A stretch of DNA of 22,111 nt from Ignavibacteriales bacterium. Its GTDB lineage: Bacteria; Bacteroidota; Ignavibacteria; UBA10030; UBA6906. Position numbers and translations under genes: made by a program. The stretch spans positions 1-22,111 of the forward strand of contig JBBIRR010000056.1 of assembly GCA_037441705.1 (NCBI GenBank), written 5' to 3'. Shown here one piece after another: positions 17,409 to 22,111 of the stretch. Numbering within the stretch: the stretch's first letter is position 1; each line of letters opens with the position of its first letter. Under the pieces are notes generated by a model. That model was given only the letters and a program-made list of their open reading frames with translations. It ran no database searches and had not been told where the DNA came from.

Positions 17409-18392
17409 TCACGTAATTCTACTATGCTCGAGCACGATCTCAAAGAACTGATCAATCAGCGGATAGAATCCGTCCCAGTCCCAACTGCCGAACGTGTGTC
17501 CCTTTCCTTTGGCAAGCACAAACCATTTCTTCTCGTTCGGCGCGTCGGCAGGCCAGACGTTGAAGGTGGATGGCTCGCCTTCGTACCAGTGGTCGTAGCG
17601 AAGCTTGGAACGCTCCCAGCCGTACTGATCCTGATCGCCCATGAGAAAGAGGAGACGCGGTTTGTGTGAGGGACTGGCGTTGTGGCGCCGGATGTCGCCG
17701 TCGTTGAGAACATCACGCTCATACACGTCGTTGATGAATGCAGCCACCGGCAGCAGCCATGTCAGGTCGAGCTTGCGTACATTGACCATCGGCAGATGGT
17801 AGCGCTGCGAGAGATGGCGCAGAAGCGGCGAGATGTCAACGCTCGAGAAGACCGTCTGAATTGCTTCCCATGGTGAAGAAGGACAGGATTTGATGATGGC
17901 CGCTGCCACCCGCTCATCGTCCACGGTCGTTCGCTGGGCGGCTAACGCCCCTAACGAATCGCCGAAAAGGATGTACGGCTTCGGGAAAGAATGTTCATCG
18001 GCAAAATCCATTGCTGCACGAACGTCCAGCGACTCGGCGCTGCCGAATGTTACCGGCGCATCGTCCGAAAGCCCGTGATGACGAAAGTCGAATCCGATGG
18101 CTGCAAGGTTGAACTTTCGGGTCAAATATTTCGCGTAATGGAAATAGATTGTATGACGGGAATGCAGCGTATAGCCGTGGCAGAAGAACACCGTTCCGCG
18201 TGCATCCTCACGCGGCGGATGTGCCCACCCGTGCAGTCGCAGTCCATCGCGCGAGCGGAACGTGATCGGTTGAACAGCCTCCCACGGTGGCGCTTCACCA
18301 ACAAGCCGGTCCTTGATGCACCGAGCAAAGAAGACCTGCGCGAATTTCCGGGCGAGTCGTTTTCGCAAATCTGTCAATACCATCCGACCCAT
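17409..18392 (-). CDS. Alpha/beta-fold hydrolase
   Basis: SRDGLRLHGW, FCHGY, FDFRHHGLS, GDSLG nucleophile elbow, GDQD, KGH. Confidence 0.88.
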   Translation of the reverse strand: MGRMVLTDLRKRLARKFAQVFFARCIKDRLVGEAPPWEAVQPITFRSRDGLRLHGWAHPPREDARGTVFFCHGYTLHSRHTIYFHYAKYLTRKFNLAAIGFDFRHHGLSDDAPVTFGSAESLDVRAAMDFADEHSFPKPYILFGDSLGALAAQRTTVDDERVAAAIIKSCPSSPWEAIQTVFSSVDISPLLRHLSQRYHLPMVNVRKLDLTWLLPVAAFINDVYERDVLNDGDIRRHNASPSHKPRLLFLMGDQDQYGWERSKLRYDHWYEGEPSTFNVWPADAPNEKKWFVLAKGKGHTFGSWDWDGFYPLIDQFFEIVLEHSRIT

Positions 18393-18526
18393 AAGCTGTT
18401 GGAAGGAATCGAATAAGGAGTTTTTTCCTCAACAATACATAATAGTTATCGGCAGTCAGTGAGGCTTCGCACAGAATCTGCATCACAGTGGAAGGCTGCA
18501 GGCTATTCTCTCATCGGTAACGATCC

Positions 18527-20350
18527 CTATCGCAGCAGGAGCATCTTTCGCGGGGCAACGAACTCCCCTGCCCTCAATCGGACCACGTACATCCCGCTGG
18601 CCACAGGAGTTCCCGCGTCGTTGGTTCCATTCCACTGAACGGTATGAACGCCGGTCACCTGTTCCTCGCGCACAAGGGTCTTTACTTTTCGCCCAAGGAG
18701 GTCGAACACTTCAAGATTCACCCTGCTGCGCTTGCTGAGTTGATAGCGGATGGTCGTTGCTGGGTTGAATGGGTTCGGGTAGTTTTGGTCCAACGCATAG
18801 CTGAGCGGCACAAGGGGTATTCCCCCGCTGTGCAGCTCGGCAAACTGCTCGGTTCCGATGATGAGCTTCAACGAGCGAGACGAACGGGCTTCATGAGTTT
18901 GAATATGAAATGACCCATTCTGAATTGATAGGGGCGCAAACTCATCGCAGTCCAGAACGTGAATTGCAAATCCCTCGGGGAGCGTCCCCTCTTCGGCGAT
19001 CTGCACCGAGACGTCTTGACCGGGCAGCGAAGAACTGATTACCAGTCTCCATTCCTCGCCTTCCTGAGGGAAAGGTTTGAAGTTGGAAGCGAACAATCCT
19101 CCGTCGGAAATCGAAAGGCGGATGAACTCACCGACAGCGGGAGGCTCTCGCAGGTCGAACCTATCGAGACCGGTGCGTGCGTGTGCCTTGAAGCCTACAA
19201 AGTTGTATGTATCGAGGAAGCCGCCGGGCTGCGATGCAGCCGAGAGTTGAAGAACATAGCCTTCGTCATCTTTGCTCGTCGGTAGCGGCGACCCGGAGAG
19301 GTTGGGCACGGCCTCGACCGGAGGAACCAAGATCGCAAGCGGACTGCCCGTTCTGTTCTCAACAAAATACCCTTCCCACGGATTCAGGATGGTGATGTTG
19401 AGTTGATACTGAGTTCCGTCGTAGAAGTAGGCCGGACTGACATCCACATTAGCGATGCGCTCGCCCCAATCTATCGGAAAGGCAAATGGAGAGGCAATCT
19501 GGTTCCATCCCGTATCCAGACGAATGGTCTGCGCCGAAAGCGAAGAAACAGATCGTCCATCGTCAACATCAAATCCTCCGCCGGCACGCGTGATGAGCCA
19601 GAAAGCATTCCCGGGAGTTAGCTGTGCGGCGAGAGCCGGATGTTCGACATAACGACCTTGTTCCCATCGAAAAAGTCGCCACCGACTCGGGTCGTACGGC
19701 CCCAGATCATCCTCTAACACGCTTTGCACGTCGCTGCCCGCAAGATCTGCGGGCACAGAGATCATTCTGTAGCGTCCCGGATCCAACGTCAAGGGCGAGG
19801 CGAACTGCAGAAACCGAACCCGAATCGTGTCCACCCCCGATTGTGGAAAGCGCTGGTACCCGACACTCGAAAAGAACGCAAGGTAATATTCAATTCCTCG
19901 CAGCGTTGAAGCGCCGGCGGGGATAGTTGCCGCGATGCTATCCCCTACCCTCTGCACCGAGACAGAGCTAAATGTACGTTCGCCACCTTTGCGATAATAC
20001 AGACTCTCGGCGGAGGTAGTGAGTCCAGGCGGAAGCCGAAACCCTAACGGCACCGACACGCCGACCAGAACGCTTTCGGGCTTTGCTGCCGTGATGGAAA
20101 TGCCGCTGCCCAGAAGAATGTTGTTGACGAACCCACTCTCGAGTCGCAAGTTCCCCAACTGAACATCCTCAACTAAAGGTTGGCCGACAACTATCGTCAT
20201 GCTGCCTGTTCCAGTTGGAACAACGGAGGCGCCCATGGTGAAGATAGAAAAATCCACCACACTTGTCTGCGACGATGCTCTTGCCCACGGATACATGATC
20301 ATGGCGACGAGAAACCACGCGAACAATTTCATGGCACGCTTCAGAATCAT
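18527..20350 (-). CDS. Secreted protein with a T9SS type A sorting / FlgD Ig-like C-terminal domain
   Basis: N-terminal signal peptide; C-terminus YALDQNYPNPFNPATTIRY...FDLLGRKVKTL...WNGTNDAG.PVASGMYVVRL...KMLLLR. Confidence 0.9.
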   Translation of the reverse strand: MILKRAMKLFAWFLVAMIMYPWARASSQTSVVDFSIFTMGASVVPTGTGSMTIVVGQPLVEDVQLGNLRLESGFVNNILLGSGISITAAKPESVLVGVSVPLGFRLPPGLTTSAESLYYRKGGERTFSSVSVQRVGDSIAATIPAGASTLRGIEYYLAFFSSVGYQRFPQSGVDTIRVRFLQFASPLTLDPGRYRMISVPADLAGSDVQSVLEDDLGPYDPSRWRLFRWEQGRYVEHPALAAQLTPGNAFWLITRAGGGFDVDDGRSVSSLSAQTIRLDTGWNQIASPFAFPIDWGERIANVDVSPAYFYDGTQYQLNITILNPWEGYFVENRTGSPLAILVPPVEAVPNLSGSPLPTSKDDEGYVLQLSAASQPGGFLDTYNFVGFKAHARTGLDRFDLREPPAVGEFIRLSISDGGLFASNFKPFPQEGEEWRLVISSSLPGQDVSVQIAEEGTLPEGFAIHVLDCDEFAPLSIQNGSFHIQTHEARSSRSLKLIIGTEQFAELHSGGIPLVPLSYALDQNYPNPFNPATTIRYQLSKRSRVNLEVFDLLGRKVKTLVREEQVTGVHTVQWNGTNDAGTPVASGMYVVRLRAGEFVAPRKMLLLR

Positions 20351-22111
20351 TTTGCTGTCCCCGTTGTGTTAGCGGACCGCACGGCCGCTTCAAGTTTCTG
20401 AACAGCCGCCGTCAGCTCGGTGATCTGCTGCTGCTGGTTCTTGACGACTTCAAGAAGGTAAAGGGTCAGCTTATCGTACTTGATGCCTTCGGGATAGTGT
20501 TCGGATTTTTCACCCAGAAGCTCGGGCACAAGACTGCGGGCGTCATCGGGCATGATAACGACATCGTCTTTGTTTGATTTCTCCCACGTGACCTCGACAG
20601 GCGAAAGCTGGAGTACACGCTCGGGAGAGCGAAGTCTGCGCGGCCTGAGCGGATTGCCCGGTTCGGGAATAATCAGAACAGTGTAGAACGTTCCATCGGC
20701 AAAAGCATACACATCGTACAGCGTCCCCTGCGGATTGAACACCGGCATGTTCCGCACTCTTAGGTTACCAGCCACATCGAGTGCTTGAGTTGGGGCACGT
20801 GTGCGAATACCCACCGAGCCGCTATCGAGTTGCACAACGAGCACATCGCCGCCCGCAGGGGACGTCACCAGATTGTTCGGAAAATCGAAGCCCAGAAAAT
20901 CCCTGAACACCTCTCCATCATATCCGTAGAGCCATAGATTTCTATTGGAAGCGCGTTGTGAGAGAGTGAACCTGATATTGGTCGGCGACAGAGGCCCGGG
21001 CCGCTTGATCATAATGTCATCGGTATTCTGACCCGGTGAGCTTTGCACAACGAGTCCTTGCGGGCCGGCTCTCAGATCAAGCACGGCTTCAGGAGCTGCC
21101 GTGTTGATGCCGATGCTCTTCGCTCCGATGCCCACCGCCATCACCGGGTTCAACGAATCCTGTTGGAAGATCATCTGATCCGTCGGGTCATTGTACGCCA
21201 AACCCCATTGACTGAACGAAGGCGAGTGCGCAAGAAGGGTCCTGCGCGGGTTTGCCGTTCCCGACTGATAGATGTACGTCAATGGCGTTGTGCCGTTGGT
21301 GAAGCCGAGCGTGTTCGTCAGTGTGAGCTGTGTGTAGGGAGTTGTTGTTCCGAGACCCAAACTCAGATTGCTATTGTCCCACCAGAAGCTGCTATTGCCA
21401 CCAAGGTTCGTCGTCGCGCTCCAGAACGCCACCTGTCCCGCAATACCAGACCCGCCAACGCCTCCTGCGCCCAGCGAATCGTTGCGCGGCGCCCAGCCGG
21501 TGCCCGTCCATTTCATCACCTGACCAACGCCCGCGCCGTTCTGCGCGATGTCTTGGAAGAGGATCGTCCCATCCGCTATGTTGCCTGTCGCAACCGCATT
21601 CGGGGCGAGCTTGGCGTTGGTGACCGCGCCGTTTACCAGATGCACAGCGTTGACGGCATTCGAAACAATCTTCGCGCTATCAACCGAACCCGACGCCAGC
21701 ATTGTGTTCGTGACACCGCTGTTGGCAATTGCGATGGAGCCGGCGGCAGTAATCGGACTTACGCTGAATGTAAGTCCGCTTCCGCCAGTCGGGGGACCTG
21801 GCGTTCCGGCACTCAAGCTGGTGATCCCCACGCCGTCAAGTGAATCAGGACGCGCTGCCCACACCGTTCCCGTCCATTTCATCACCTGTCCTGCCGTAGC
21901 TCCGTTCTGCCCGATGTCTTGAAAGAGAATCGTCCCGTTCAAGACCTTATCCGTCGTGACAGCATTTGCGGCAAGCTTCGCGTTGGTGATTGCCCCATCG
22001 GGCACGGTGCCGGCAATGCGCGCGCTGTCAATCGGTGGAAGATTTCTGACGTAGTCCGCCGTATCTGCCGCAGGCGCTTTGAAATTCGCTGCAACGTCGG
22101 TCCGCAGAATC
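20347..22111 (-). CDS. Repetitive fibre/adhesin-like protein with a C-terminal S74-like chaperone domain and coiled coil; 5'-truncated by the window edge
   Basis: The frame stays open past 22005 to the edge (ILRTDVAANFKAPAADTADYVRNLPPIDSARIAGTVPDG). It has AVTxAKI-type repeats, GIGT-type repeats (LGLGTTTP, IGINTAAP, VGIRTRAP..ALDVAG) and the ending VLQLSPV..W...PEL...GIKYDKLTLYLLEVVKNQQQQI. Confidence 0.85.
   Translation of the reverse strand, partial: ILRTDVAANFKAPAADTADYVRNLPPIDSARIAGTVPDGAITNAKLAANAVTTDKVLNGTILFQDIGQNGATAGQVMKWTGTVWAARPDSLDGVGITSLSAGTPGPPTGGSGLTFSVSPITAAGSIAIANSGVTNTMLASGSVDSAKIVSNAVNAVHLVNGAVTNAKLAPNAVATGNIADGTILFQDIAQNGAGVGQVMKWTGTGWAPRNDSLGAGGVGGSGIAGQVAFWSATTNLGGNSSFWWDNSNLSLGLGTTTPYTQLTLTNTLGFTNGTTPLTYIYQSGTANPRRTLLAHSPSFSQWGLAYNDPTDQMIFQQDSLNPVMAVGIGAKSIGINTAAPEAVLDLRAGPQGLVVQSSPGQNTDDIMIKRPGPLSPTNIRFTLSQRASNRNLWLYGYDGEVFRDFLGFDFPNNLVTSPAGGDVLVVQLDSGSVGIRTRAPTQALDVAGNLRVRNMPVFNPQGTLYDVYAFADGTFYTVLIIPEPGNPLRPRRLRSPERVLQLSPVEVTWEKSNKDDVVIMPDDARSLVPELLGEKSEHYPEGIKYDKLTLYLLEVVKNQQQQITELTAAVQKLEAAVRSANTTGTAK
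21466..21996 (-). repeat. Internal duplication of about 55 aa in the fibre protein
   Basis: GAITNAKLAANAV..GTILFQDIGQNGATAGQVMKWTGTVWAARPDSL (21996-21832) versus GAVTNAKLAPNAV..GTILFQDIAQNGAGVGQVMKWTGTGWAPRNDSL (21630-21466). Confidence 0.9.

Noticed and set aside
20347-22111. Prophage call based on the tail-fibre-like protein
   Set aside because: No other phage genes in the window, and the gene is coupled to a host-type secreted protein

Overview
Bacterial chromosomal window with every credible gene on the minus strand. The T9SS/FlgD-type C-terminal sorting domain and the gene styles suggest an FCB-group organism, probably Ignavibacteria-like (inference). In transcription order (right to left): a 5'-truncated repetitive fibre-like protein ending in a degenerate S74-like chaperone domain, coupled to a secreted T9SS-CTD protein; an alpha/beta hydrolase; a small two-gene TA-like pair; acs; two small hypothetical genes; and a complete heme cluster (ccsA/hemX-like, hemA, hemC, hemD, hemE, hemF, hemH, hemY, hemB, hemL). 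The cluster is interrupted by a RelE/ParE-type TA module with a frameshifted toxin and half an attC-like site, and by an inverted octamer-repeat array. Last comes a membrane sensor missing from the ORF track (1..1351, runs off the window), with TM - Cache-like periplasmic region carrying a CQDCH heme-c motif - TM - PAS. hemF and the ccsA-like gene also carry apparent in-frame palindromic insertions. No rRNA, tRNA, CRISPR, transposase or integrase was seen.
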